Origin: the human T2T-CHM13v2.0 reference genome, Homo sapiens
DNA: 64,000 bases
Assembly: GCF_009914755.1 (NCBI RefSeq)
Contig: NC_060929.1
Strand: one strand, 5' to 3'
The position numbers and the translations under genes were made by a program. Of the stretch, positions 43,552 to 57,657 are shown one piece after another (within the stretch, counting starts at the first letter, position 1; each line of letters starts with the position of its first letter). The notes beneath the pieces are model-generated. The model was not told the origin of the DNA. It searched no databases and worked only from the letters and a program-made list of their open reading frames with translations.

Positions 43552-46350
43552 GCTACTTTATTATTTCTGTTCTTATTGTCATTTCTGGCCTTCTGCTTAT
43601 TTTGGGTTTAGTTTTCTTTTTGTAGTTTCTTGTTATGGATAGTTAACTTTTTTATTTGAGATTTTCTTTTTTAACATTTGCATTGATGGCTATAAATTTC
43701 CCTCTAAGCACTGATTCAGCTGTATCACATAAGTTTTGGTATGTCATTTTGCATCTTTATTTATCTCAAATAATATTCTAATTTCCCTTGTGGTTTCTTC
43801 TTTGATTCATTATTATTTAGGAGTATGTTATTTAATTTCCACATACTTTTGAATTTTCCAAATTTACTGTATTATTTATTTCTAATTTAATTACATCGTC
43901 ATTGGACAACACAGTTATTTCAATCTCTTTAAACTTAATGAAATTTTTTTTGGTGGGAAGTTTTCTGGTAAAACCTATAAAACCTGCTAGACAAATTCTA
44001 AAGGAGCTGCAACACTTATTGAAGCTGTTTTTAAAAATGGTCTAACGTATATTCTCTTTTTGAAAATGTTTCATATGCACTTGAAGAGAATGTATATTCT
44101 ATTATTGTTCATTAAAGTGTGTATAGATATCTGTGAGGTCCAGTTGGTTTATAGTGTTATCCAGGTCTTACATTTCCTTACTGATCTTCTGCATAGTTGC
44201 TGTATCCATTATTGAAAGTTGGAACCAAAGTCTCAAATTATTCTTGTTGAGTTGTCTATTTCTCCCTCTAATTCTTTCAGTTTTTCCTCCATGTATTTTG
44301 TGGCTCCATTGTTAGATGCATATATGTTTATAATTGTTATGTCTTCTTGAGGGATTGACCTTTTTAACAATATAAAATATTCTTATTATCAAGTAATACT
44401 TTTTTTTCTTAAAGTCAATTTTGCCTGATACTATAGTCACTCTAGTCCTGTTTTGGTTATTATTTGCTTGATATATGTTTTTCCATCCTTTTACTTTCAA
44501 TAAATTTGTGTCTTTGAATCTAAAGTGTATTTTCTTGTAGAAAGCATATGACTGGATTGTATATTCTGTCAATTCCCTCTTTGTAATTGTAGTTATTTAA
44601 TCCATTTATTTACAATATAATTATGGAGGAGGATTTAAGTGTGTGATTTAGGTATTTGTTGTGTATATGTCTTATGTCTTTTTTACTGCTCTACTACTGC
44701 CTTCTTTAGTGTTAGATATTTTCTAATACCATTTTAATTCCCTTATTGTTTCTTTTACTGTATTTTTTGAGTCATTTTCTTACTTTTCTTAGTTTTTGAG
44801 TCAGTTTCTTAGTTTTCATGAAGATTACAATTAATATTTTAATTTAAATCAAACTATTCAGATTAATACTACTTTAATTTAATTAGTAAAGAAAAAAATT
44901 TGCTCCAGTGTAGCTCAGTTGTCTCCTCCTTTTTTGTGCTATTGTTGTCTCCTACCAATTACATCTTAAGCCCATCAAGTCAGTTTTATAATTATTGCTA
45001 TATGCACTTAACTTTTAAATCAGATAAGGAGAAGAAAATAGTTACGAACAAAAATATATTTAAACTATTTTTTATGTTACTCTATGTAGTTACTTCTACT
45101 GATGTGCTTTAAAATTTATTCATGTGATTTGAGTTACTGTATATTGTCCTTTCATTTAGGACTTAAAGATTCCCTTTAGTATTTCTTATAGGGCAGCTAT
45201 GTTAACAATGAGTTATCTTAGTTTTTGTTTATCCTTCAGTTTTGATACATATTTTTACCAGTCATAGAATTCTTGATTTGCAGTTTTTCTTTTTCAGCAC
45301 TGTGACCATGTCTTCCAGCTGTCTTCTGGCCTCCCTAATTTCTGACAAGAAGTCAGCTGTTTATTTTATAGAGAAGCTCTTGTATTTGATGTCTTCTTTT
45401 TCTCTTGATGCTTTTAAGATTCTCTCTGTCTTTGTCTTTCAACAACTTGACTATAATATGTCTAGGTGTAGATATCTTTGTGACTAACCTACTGCAGTTC
45501 ATTGAGCTTCTTGGATGTGTGGATCCATATCTTTCATCACATTTGTGAAGTTTTGGCCACTGTTTCTCCAAAGATTCTTTTTGTCCCCTTTCTTTCTCTC
45601 TCCCATATCATTCTCCAATTATGTGTATATTGGTATGCCTGGTGATGTCCTGTAGGTCTCTGAGGCTTTGTTCATTGTTAAATAAACTTTTTATTATAGA
45701 ACAGTTTTAGATTTACAGAAAAATCATTGACATAATACAGAGATTTCCTATATTGTACATATCTATTCGTACCTATTGCTAGCATCTTACATTGGTGTGG
45801 TACATTTGTTACAATTAATGAGCCAATATTTGTATATTATTATCAAATAAAATCTATATGCCATTTAGGTTTTTTTTTATTTTTTACTTAATGTCTTTCT
45901 TGTTCCGGGATCCCATCAAGCATATCATATTGTATCTCCTTAGGCTCTTCTTGAATGTGATAGTTTCTCACACAGACTTTTCTTATTTTCGATGATCTTG
46001 ACAGTTTTGAAGAATACTAGCGAAGTGATTTTCCCTCAGGTGGAATTTCTCTGATGTTTTTCTCATGATTAGAGTGGATGTATGTGTTTTGAGGTTCTGG
46101 TCATTTTTCTTCATGCTTTTTTTTTCCTCCTCTGAATAGGTTTAGTTGACCTGTCTTTGGGTTCTCAGATCTGAGATTCTTTCCTCTGCCAACTCTAGTT
46201 TGCTGTTGAACTCTTATTGTGAATGTTTTTATTTCAGTTGTACTTTTCAACTTCAGAATTTCACTGTGTTCCTATTTTTATAACTTCTATTTCTGTATTG
46301 ATACTCTCTTATTGTTGAAATGGTATTCTCATACTTTATTTTAACTTTAA

Positions 46351-46861
<511 letters not shown>

Positions 46862-47685
46862 TTTATAAACATAGTTTCTTTTCCTTTCTTTAACATATTT
46901 ATAATAGGCCATTGAAGGTCTTTGTCCAAGACTTCCCCACGGAGTTTCTATTCACTTTTTTTTCCTTGTGTATAGGTCATACTTTCTTGTTTCTTTGGGT
47001 GTCTCATAATTTTTGAAAACTGGACATTTAAAATAATATAATGTGTCAATTCAGATTATTACATATTCCCAGGGTTTGTTGTTGTTGCTGCTGCTTCTGC
47101 TTTTTTTGTTTGTTTGTTTGTTTAGTAGCTCTCCTGGACTAATTCTGTAAAGTCTATGTTCCCTCTTGTATACTGCAACTGAAGTCTCTAGTTGATTAGC
47201 TTAGTGGTCAGCAATTGAATAGAGATATCTTTCAACACTTTGGACCAATACATTTTCCTTTGCTAAGAAACTCTATGAGTGGATTATGGGATGTTTTCAA
47301 TGCTCTGGCAGTTTACAATTTTCCCTTAGCCTTTACTTCCTGCTTGTGCAACATCTCAAAGTCAGCCAAAGGTGAGAGATTTGGACCTCCTCATGTCTTT
47401 CCTAGGCATCCATACATTCCTACACATGCATATGGCCTCAGAGTCCCTAACAGACATCTCATTCCTAGGTCTTCCTTTTAAGTTTTTGGCCAGGCTCTTC
47501 TTTGCTCCAGCTGGTTTTACTGTCTCAGGTAACTGTGATTATAAATAATTGCTATGATTGTTTTTTCCTAACACCCTTGGGATAGGACTTTTTTCAGTGA
47601 GTAAGCTCTATCAGGTCAAATAATGACAAGGCCTGAAAATGGGGATTTTCACAACACTACTGGGTAGTCAAATAGTAATACTCTG

Positions 47686-48039
<354 letters not shown>

Positions 48040-49069
48040 TCAAATCTGTTTGTCTGCTTTGATGACTGCTAAACTGCTGGTTTTTATAGCTGCCATGGTT
48101 GTAAGTCTGCTGCCGGTTTTCATAGCCACCATGGAGCTAGGGAGTGAGGTATGGACATGGAGCAAACTAAAATGACAAAAAGCTCTCTTTTCCTACCACT
48201 ATTAAGCAGCTTTTCTTAAATAAATGCTCCTTGAGTTGTTACAAGCCTTTAGCTAATTTCCAGAGTTATGAAAAGGTTGATTTTTACAATTTTTATGAGT
48301 GTTATTGTTGCCTTTAAGGAGGAACCGATTTTTGGAGGTTCTCACTCTGCCATTTACGAAGATGTACTTCAAATTCATAATATTTTAACCTGATACTTCC
48401 TGCTTAAGTACTTCTTATTTTTGTTTGTCTGAAATGATAGGCCTTTATGAAGCTGCACCTGTGTTATAAGACTTCTGAGCAAAAGAACCTCTGATATTTC
48501 CATGCTAGAGGTGAATTATTCTTTCATAATCCAGATTATCCTAGTTGTACATATAGCAACTGTATGACACAAAAGAAGCCATGGATTAGAACTACACTGT
48601 CATACCAAATAAACCCTTTTTTGCTAATCCCATCTAATTTCTTGAGCTTCTGGTGTACAGGGTAACATCCTAACCCATACCTACATCTCATATCACACAT
48701 CTCTTCCTCAAGTACATGGCATATAAATTCGTTGTTAGCCCCAGCTGCCCCCTCTTCCTGACCTCTCAGCCCTTCGCTCCCTCTGTACCTAGCCTTGCTG
48801 CCACCATTAGAAGCTGGATTACCCTCCAAGGTATAAGAATGCCAGGGTAGGTAGGTCAGTGTCCATGCCCTCATTTTCTTTTTTGTGATTTCTCAGGAGT
48901 TCTTATACATATAGATTGATGTGTTATGACTTGCACGTAACCAGATGTCCAATCCTTTTGTTGTTGTTGCTGTCTATCCCTTTATGAAAGTGAGAAACTC
49001 AGCCTACACATTTAATTTTTATAACACTGATCACTTTGTTGTCAGTTTCTTTATCTGTGTTTCACATTG

Positions 49070-49855
49070 CACAGAACACCATGAGGTTAGGGGTATTAGG
49101 TTATTTTTCTTTATATCTCTAGGGCTTAACATAGGCCTGGTGCATATTTAGCTTTCAGTCAATGTTTTTTAAATTAATGAATGTCTACATTTCCTAGTAA
49201 ATTCTACAGATAAAGACCTTGTTTAGACTTCCCAACATGAAGCTAAAACTCTACACTCATATCTCTAGGTATGATATCCCCATCAGCTTAAGAAATTCAA
49301 GTGTTCCAGTCTCTCTGTTGCTCTCAAGGTCATGGCTTATAAGGTGCTTCTCGGTGTGACCCTCATTTACCTTTCCAGCCACATTTCCCATCAACGGAGA
49401 ATCCTAACCAAAGCTTCTGTGGTCCACATACACATCGTATGTTTTTGTTATGCCTTGCACCTTTGCAAATTAATGTTATTTTTTCACTTCTACCATGAGA
49501 AACTTGTATTTATTCTGAAATGCCAGCTAAAAATCTACTCCTTCTCTAATCTCTTCTTTTACTTTCTTAGTAGATTTAGTCTCCCTTTTCTCTTTGTTCT
49601 AATAAAACTTTGGACATCCCTTTCCTTATTACATTATCATTATCAAGTTATAATTATTTATTTATGTATCAGTTCTTATCAGAGTGCCTGCCACATGAAG
49701 GAGCCCAAACAACGTTTAATGAATGATAAATGAATGTTTACTCCTCAACTAGATTGTGAAGATCCTGAAAGTTGCAGCGTGTGTTTATTCTTTGTGCTCC
49801 AAGCATTGTCCTGGTCCATAGTAGGCTCATAATATTGTTTCCAATGAATAAATGA
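49070..49855 (+). mobile_element. L2 3'-end relics (several)
   Basis: Repeated gcctgg..catagtaggctc..aatattgtt..aatgaataaatga L2-type tails. Confidence 0.55.
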
Positions 49856-52423
49856 GGGATATCAGGGAGTATATCTGCTTAACCATGGAAAAGTTAAAGG
49901 ACCATCCTGACCAGATCGCAGATGAGTGTTTCAGGTGTACCAAAGTGGCTCTTATTGGCAGGACCACAGAGGGCCTTTTGTGAAATGGAAAAAGGGTCCC
50001 CATCTGGCTGGAAATGACTGTAAAAATGCAGGCCTTCGTGAACACAAAGGCCTTTTTACAAGGAAAAAGGAGCCCCATTTTGGATGAAGCAGTCTCATGC
50101 CAGGGACAAGGCTTAACAATCTGAACAGAGGGTAGATTTCATACTCTTGTTCCACCTTTGGATAGGTGTGTGTCCTTTGTAACAGCCCTGCTTGTCATAT
50201 ACTACAAAGGACTAACTTTCTCTCTCACCACGAGTCATTGCATTCCCTAATGTGGGAAGAGGGTCCTACTTGTATTGAGAACCAAATATCATCCATCTTC
50301 AATTCTTGGAACAGCCCATTTTTTCCCCAGGGCACATGGTCTTTTAAATAAGACAAGGATCAGTAAATTTTATGGGCATAACCTTTGTAATGGTATATTT
50401 GGTAGGGAAAATAATCCCTTTTTTGTCATAGCCTAATTTTTAGGCAACTGGTGCCAGGGCTCATGATTTGGGGATCTTATCTAACACTTTTAGTTTCTTT
50501 AGTTTAAAATGTAAACTGGAAATATATTTTGTAAATAACTTAAAGTTATTCATCTTGGAAATAATTTAATTCTAAGAATACTCATCTAACTCTGAAAGAA
50601 TTCCCTGATTTTGAATATTTTTATTCCTTCACAAATAGTGAAAATTGAGAAGATTTGTTTTTTTTTTTTAAAGTAAATAGTCAAGACAATTTCTCGGAGG
50701 GCAGCTACTACTTACCTGTAAGAAGAGGTATTCCCTCACCAGATGGCAAGAAGGGAAGGAGATAGGTAGTCTCTTAGCAAGCAAGGACTGCTGGTAGAGA
50801 GGTCCCTCAGAGGTCATCATTTACCTCATATGCTCTGTCTCCAGAGCAAAGATGTCCCAGTGGTTTTTCTGTGTTCAAAAAACAACTGTTGATTATCCTA
50901 TCATTCTGATTCTACCCATGCTTTAACAAGAGTAGGCTTCCACCAATTTACACACAAGTTCTGTTCCCCAAATTTGATTGATTAGAAATAAGCTTCCAAA
51001 GAGAAGTATTGTTAGACCTGTGTACTTTGGCCAGTTCATAAAATACATTTAAACCCTAGTAGGTAACTGAAGTATAACATTAACAGGCTTATTAACTGCA
51101 TTCTGGGAGCCACATGATACAATTGAGAGAAAGAGAAAACTCTTCTCTCTTTTTCTTGAGTGCAGGGCTAAGCTTTGACAAAATTTGGAAATGGGTAATG
51201 TTTGCTTTTGGACTCTCCCTCCTGAATTAACATGCCCCTAAAATCTGTAGCCCAAGGTTATAACCCAGACCAAAGCTCTGACAGATGGCTCTCAGTTCAC
51301 ATCTTTCCAATTATGTGTAGTGAGCAAAGCACACAGGACTCCTAAAATGGGAAGGGCATGAAAGGACGACTGTGATGGAAGATCAAAAGGGGTGATAGAT
51401 GCCTTTCTAGAGAATGGAAGCACATGTCATTGATTTGACTATCTTCTTTCACAATCATATTCCTCAAAACATGGTCTGCTTTACCTGAGTCATTTTAGAC
51501 AAATGTTGTATCTCCAACTGTACGATGATTTGTGGAGAAACAGATTGCAAAACTGGACCTGAGAAGACCTTTAAAAAAGTACATTTAGTCTCATGCTGAG
51601 AAGGTTTTCTTGTAGCATGCATTATCTCTTCTTGTCTCCTCCAAGGCCTTTTTCTCTTTTATTAATTTAAAATATTTTATTTGAAGTTTGATTGATGCCG
51701 CATAATACACTAAATATATCTTGCTAAATATTTATGTTAAAAGAGTTATTAGTACACAGAGGAAACAGGACAGTAAGTTACACCACATGATCAGAACATG
51801 AATTCAAGATATTGCATCACTATTTTTGTTGACATTGGCCATCTCATGGTGCTGGCTCCTCATTTATATTTAGAAATCACTCTTATATTTCCTGAGCGCC
51901 ACATCTTTTTGGAAGATGGGTGCTTTTAGGTTAGACTGTAAGAGGCTCAAAAACATGCTATATGATGTTATACACGCTTTGTCTGTATGTATAAATGTAT
52001 GTTTCCTTTTCTGTAAAAAAGTTCCATAGCTGTCAGATTTTCAAAGGTATCTGTGATTCAAAAACAAAAGATTTAGAGCCACTACCTGAATGCAATCTCT
52101 TGAGAAATAGTATACTAGGAACAGTATATCAAGTTTAGGTGTTGTGACTTCTGTATTTACTTCTGAAGAAATCCTATTGTCAATTTAGAGCAGAAAAATT
52201 TTAGTGTAGCCATTTAAAAGAAATGAATGCATAGAGTTCAGGTAGACATGGTCAATAAAAAAATCTCAATGTAGTTACATTAGAGTGGTTTTAGAGAGGA
52301 ATGATACAGCTAAAAGGACATGAAATAATTCAAAATATTGGATAATGATAATATGTCTGATATTTGTTGTTTGTCTTTAATTTAATGCTAATGTCTAATT
52401 ATGTAAAATATTTTACTGTCCAG

Positions 52424-52676
52424 GGTTTCAAGTGCCAAACTTAATAATTTTTCTCGCTTGGAGCCAACACTTCACCTTCTGGGTGTGCAGTTTGATCAGA
52501 ATGTGGCCCATGGCATCATCACAGAAAAGCCTGGGGTGGCAACAAAGCTGTTATATCAATTGTACATTGCTCTTCAGAAAAAGAAGAAAAGTGGACTGAC
52601 TGGAGTGGAGATGCAAACCATGCAACGTCTGACAAATTTAAGACTTCAAAACATGAAAAGTGATACTTTTCAAGAG
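52424..52676 (+). CDS. SPEF2: SPEF2 coding exon 3 (253 nt; RVSSAKLNNFSRLEPTLHLLGVQFDQ...KKKKSGLTGVEMQ...SDTFQE)
   Basis: gtccag|G acceptor and GAG|gtaggt donor; overlaps supplied ORF 52458-52688; phases 2 to 0. Confidence 0.96.
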
Positions 52677-52919
52677 GTAGGTACATAAAAAAGCATAATA
52701 AGCATGTCACAGTGTAAAATTTGATAAAGAGAAATGACAATGATATTGAATTCTCAAAGAAGCCTCATTAGGCATATATATCCTTTATGTATGTTACTGG
52801 CCATACTTGGGTTTTATTTTATATTAATAATTTGAATTTATTTAGCCATTTTTGATGTCTCTCTCTATCCTATCCATATTGCCAATAGCTTATCAAACTC
52901 TTTTCCTAGTTTCCAGTAC

Positions 52920-53037
52920 TTTTTGTTGTTGTTGTTTTAGAGAGACAGGGCCTTGCTCTTTTGCCCATGCTGGTCTCAAACTCCTGAGCTCAAGCAGTCC
53001 TCTGCCTCAGCATCCCAAGTAGCTGGGACTACAGGCC
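52920..53037 (-). mobile_element. Alu monomer fragment (FLAM/AluJ-like)
   Basis: agagacagggccttgctc...ctcctgagctcaagcagtcctctgcctcagcatcccaagtagctgggactacaggc. Confidence 0.8.
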
Positions 53038-53935
53038 TAATACTTTTTGTGCCTGCTCCTCTCTTCCTGTTTCTACCCCATCATATCTGCTCAGATCTTC
53101 TTATCAACTACTGCAGCAACCTGCTAAAATGTCTCTCAATCTTCTGGATAAGTCAATCAACTGCTAAATGAATCTTCCCTAAATTTTACTTTTATTGAGT
53201 TCTTCTGCTCAGAAACCTATTTTTACTTCTTTCTAGTCCTCAGCATGGTATTTCTTTCTTCTATGTTAATTGACAGTCTGTCCTTAAATATGACTGTCTA
53301 TTCCTGCTCTTCCTTCCCTCAAACCCAAACTCACCCTTCTCATCTCTCCTCTTCCCCAAACTGTTCTTCATCTACCGTGCAGCCCAGTACACACGGGTAG
53401 TCCCAGTTCTTCCTTTGGAACTCTAGAGCATAAGTAATTCTCACTCTCTTGGTTTTACCGTCCTGATACTGATATTGTTGGCTAACTAGTCATTATTTAT
53501 TTGTCATATGACCTTACCAGATTTTTAGTACATCAGATTTGATGAATATGTCTAGTACAATGCTTCAAATGTTGTAAGTACTCATTAAATGTGTTATTGA
53601 CTAATTGATATGACTTTTTAGTTGACAATTCTCTCAAGTTTTTATGCAATTCCTTATGGTAAATGAAGTGCATTAACTTTTACAGGCCTCTGGAATAATC
53701 ATGAGTGCTGCACTGATGCAAAATAGTAAATATCAATGGATAGAATTATATTTTTAAATTTAAATTTTGAAGCAGCAATGACGTAATAGATATGAGGGCT
53801 ATCTCCATGTTTATATTTGTCCATTCTTCGTGGATATCATTGTAAGTCTGGTAGCAGAATGGACTCAGTGCTCCTTGAGAGCTAGAAATTAGATTAGTCT
53901 TAATATGAATAATTTAATATTGCATTCAGCCTCCT

Positions 53936-54123
53936 TCACTTGCAAGCTGGTTAACATTGAGCCAGCCTCTAAACAACTCTCAGCTTCAATTTCCCCAACT
54001 GTAAAAACAGGGATGCTTATTTCTACCTGCCTCAGTGTTCAGAATTGGATGTTTTTGTAGCTTCAAGAAAAAGAGTGGACTAACTGGAGTGGAGTTTATA
54101 TATAATAAAATGTAAAGCAGTCA
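53936..54123 (+). repeat. Direct repeat copy 1 (188 bp; MIR-derived plus exon-3-like insert)
   Basis: Aligns to 56331-56515 with 8 substitutions and one 3-bp indel (counted by hand). Confidence 0.95.
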
Positions 54124-54699
54124 ACAGTGGCAAGTGCTATAAGAGCTGTGTAGATGAAGACAAACAAGTGCCTATTAGCTCATTTAATGTTGGTCATGGG
54201 TGAACTTCAAGCGTCAATAATTCATTCACTGAACAAATATTTATTGGGCTCCTACTTTTTGTCAAGCACTTGCACAACAAATACACAGGAAAAGCCCCAA
54301 CCCTCTTAGAGCTTACATATTGGGGAGAGAAAAATGTTTCATTAGAGTGATATGGATTGCAGTGAGTTGAGAAGGACTTTGGAGATGAGGAAGAGGGTAA
54401 CATAGATTATTCTTTCAAGAAATGTGGAGGTAAAGAAGAGAACAGTAGGAGAGAAAAGCTCAAGTGAAGTATGAGATTGCTTGTTTTATGGACCTAGAGA
54501 CTGGGACCACTTATCAGTTGAGAAAAAGAGTCAGTGGCAGGAGAGATGAAAATGGTACAAGGACAAGATGGAAAGAGGCCCTCTGGGGACGGAAAGAGGA
54601 ATATGCAATCAATGGTTCATGTGGAAGAGGTGATATCATAGGAAAGAAGTAGAGATGCCATCTTCTTTGATACTGGATGAGAAGAGGTGCAGGTAATAT

Positions 54700-54930
54700 T
54701 AATAATGGTTGAAATTTATTAAACAGCATGCCTAGTGATGTGCCAAGCCCTGTTTCAGGTGCTTTATGAATATTATCTCACTGGATCTTCACAACAGCCA
54801 TAAAATATAGGTACTTTCATTATTCCCATTTTACAGATGATGAAACTAAGGCACGGATGGATTAGGTAACTCGCCCAGTTTTAAGCAGCTAGTAAGTGGT
54901 AAAGCTGAAACACAAACCTAGGAAGTTTTA
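54700..54930 (-). mobile_element. MIR SINE
   Basis: cccattttacagatgatgaaactaaggcac...aggtaactcgccca..agctagtaagtgg. Confidence 0.8.
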
Positions 54931-55347
54931 ATGTTTCTTCACTTTTTACTAAGGAGTGGCTAAGCAATGGGAAGAATCTAGCTTCTTATATTATCTCTTA
55001 TATGTTAAAGTTGGTTTAATGAAATTATTTTTGCAAAAAAAATAAATAAAATTTATTTCCAAGAATATAAATACCATTTATTGAAAATTTAACTCAGTGT
55101 AAAAAGTTTAACTATAAAAGTATATATGAGGCTATTTTGTAAGAAGAACCACAAAGGATAATGTTTTTATAATTGTGCTTACATCAATTAAGAATATGAG
55201 TAATTGGAATGGGGTTTGAATTTAGCGTAACTATCAACAATAGTAATTTAAAGAATTTCATTTTGAAGACAAATTTTATTTGTGCTTATAATGAAAATGT
55301 ACTCTTTATTCTCTAATAAAATCTTTTGAAATGCTTTTTTCATTTAG

Positions 55348-55518
55348 AGACTTAGACACATGATACCACGTCAAACTGATTTCAATCTGATGCGGATTAC
55401 ATACAGGTTTCAAGAAAAATATAAACACGTGAAAGAAGATCTTGCCCATTTGCATTTTGAGAAACTTGAAAGATTTCAAAAACTCAAGGAAGAGCAAAGA
55501 TGTTTTGATATCGAAAAG
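55348..55518 (+). CDS. SPEF2: SPEF2 coding exon 4 (171 nt; RLRHMIPRQTDFNLMRITYRFQEKY...CFDIEK)
   Basis: ttttttcatttag|AGA acceptor and AAG|gttcta donor; open frame, phase 0 to 0. Confidence 0.93.
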
Positions 55519-56330
55519 GTTCTATAGAACTATTTTTTCAGAAATTCATTAGTGCATAGTATACAGTTTGTGATTTATGCGTATAGTACACATTGCATAA
55601 GTAGTAGTGGAGCACAAGTTGCACTTCCCTGATGCATGACTTTGTCCTGCCCTACTCTCACCCTTTCTCTCTCTCCCCTGCTCCTTTTCTCCATCCTGAC
55701 TCTTGCTGACTCACCTCTACTTGTGGCTGAGAACAAGAACTGCCATCTTCTGGAGTGGCAAGACAACTGCATTACCTTCACTGGTAGAAATCAATGTTTC
55801 AGCTGCTTTAGTGATGGAGGGTTGCTATTAGCTACCCCATTGGTCAAAGGCACATGACCATTGTCACCACTGAGGGAGATAGATCAGACAATGTCCTCTC
55901 GCTTTCTCCTCTTTTGCAACCTTCGGTCCTGCCCCATTTCTCTGTTCTTGGAGATGTGAGGTAATTCTTTGCTTGCTTACCTTTTCAATCACCTTGAACA
56001 ACTCTCAACTTCTTTCTGGCCCTTGCTTCTTGCTTTGACTAACTCTCTGCTCCTTCTCAGATTTCTTTAAAACTCTTTAATGATCTTCTGTGCCTTTGTG
56101 GGCGAGAGAATAATGGTACATGAAATCATTAAAGATTTTTAAGAGTATTTCAGGTGACTGGGTATATGGAATGTGTAAACTACAGGCAAAAGAATTATGT
56201 AGTTCTTCCCATTGCACTGTAAAATCACTTTTTAAATTCATGGATTTATTTGCAATGATAAGAAATTATATTCTGAATGTAGTCAGCTCTTTGTAGGGAA
56301 GAATGGAAAGATGACAGACAAACTGGAAGA

Positions 56331-56515
56331 TCACTTGGAAGCTGGTTAACATTGAGCCAGCCTCTAAATAACTCTCAGCTTCAATTTCCCCAACTGTAAA
56401 AACGGGGATGCTTACTTCTACCTGCCTCAGAGTTCAGAATTGAACGTTTTTGTAGCTTCAAGAAGAGTGGACTAACTGGAGTAGAGTTTATATATAATAA
56501 AATGTAAAGCAGTCA
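56331..56515 (+). repeat. Direct repeat copy 2 (185 bp)
   Basis: See copy 1 at 53936-54123. Confidence 0.95.
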
Positions 56516-57657
56516 TGTAATTATATGACTTGCCAGAGGGTAAATAAAGGATTATATTCCCCTTTGGTGTTACATGATAAAGAGAGAAAGCACTCTTAAA
56601 GTAGTGTTTAAGTTGAGACCAATTGCTGTGACTGTAATTTATGTGGAACCAGCCTGTCTATTAGTGCCAAGCCTAATGCAGACAGTCTCCAAGAATGTTG
56701 AGAAAAAGGAAATATGATACCATTAAATATTCTGAAATAAATTATGTTCAAAATGATCATAGGGAACAAATAAGGCAAAAGGAAGACTCTGTGTCTTCCT
56801 GGTCTTCTTAAGAAAAAAAGATAAACATATTGCAATTAAATAAATATTCATATTTTGGAAAATGAAGAAAATTGTCTATAATGTATGCCTTTTTAAGGGT
56901 AAATTGAAATTTTTTATCTTTGGACATGAGAGCTAATGATCATATTAGTTCTAATATAATGTATTAGTAGTAAAGTCATGATTAGTTTCACATATTACCT
57001 CTTAAATCATTTACTTTTAAAATACTTTATCTGATTTTTCAGTCACTTTTTCTTTTCAAATACATTCTCCTGCTTATAGTCTTCTTAAAATAACTACTGC
57101 CTACATACAGAAGAGATGATCCAATAATTGTATCACATAATTTATTGTTAATTCAATTTTGAGGTTGCCCCTGAACTCATTGTTTAAGTGTGACTGGGTT
57201 TTGGGGAAGTTTGTGATTTTTATTGAGTTTCGCAGGAGCCCTCCTAGAAACTATCTCCTAGATAGAATTTTCTCATTGAACCATCTTCAGAGATAGAATT
57301 TTTTTCTTCCCATCCTTGGTAAGGTCATGGCAGTAGGATTGGGAAAGAATTATACACTTATTTATATTTGGGACATCTTTGTTGTCCTTTTAGTATCAGC
57401 ACACAGAATTAAAATACAGACATTTAATAGATATGATTTGCAGATTCCAGAATTGTGTTTTAATATCATGCTTTTCACAGTAAGTCATATTAACACCTCC
57501 TTCTTAATATTACACAGTTGTGACACCTAGTCTCTTGGCTAATTGCTGGGTTCTGAAATTTTCAATAGATAAATTTTATATATTTGTACCTATGAGTGTA
57601 TTATATTGCCTATTCTGTTATTCTGAATCACTAAACTAATGTATATGGGATATTCAG

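Noticed and set aside
49332-49733. 133-aa ATG-initiated hydrophobic ORF
   Set aside because: It lies in T-rich L2 relic sequence within an intron; its composition reflects base bias and it has no recognisable domain.
52458-52688. Stand-alone 76-aa ORF
   Set aside because: It is SPEF2 exon 3 read from a TTG and running into the intron.
55519-57657. U12-type minor intron explanation for the weak splice sites
   Set aside because: The donor lacks RTATCCTT and there is no TCCTTAAC branch point near the acceptor.
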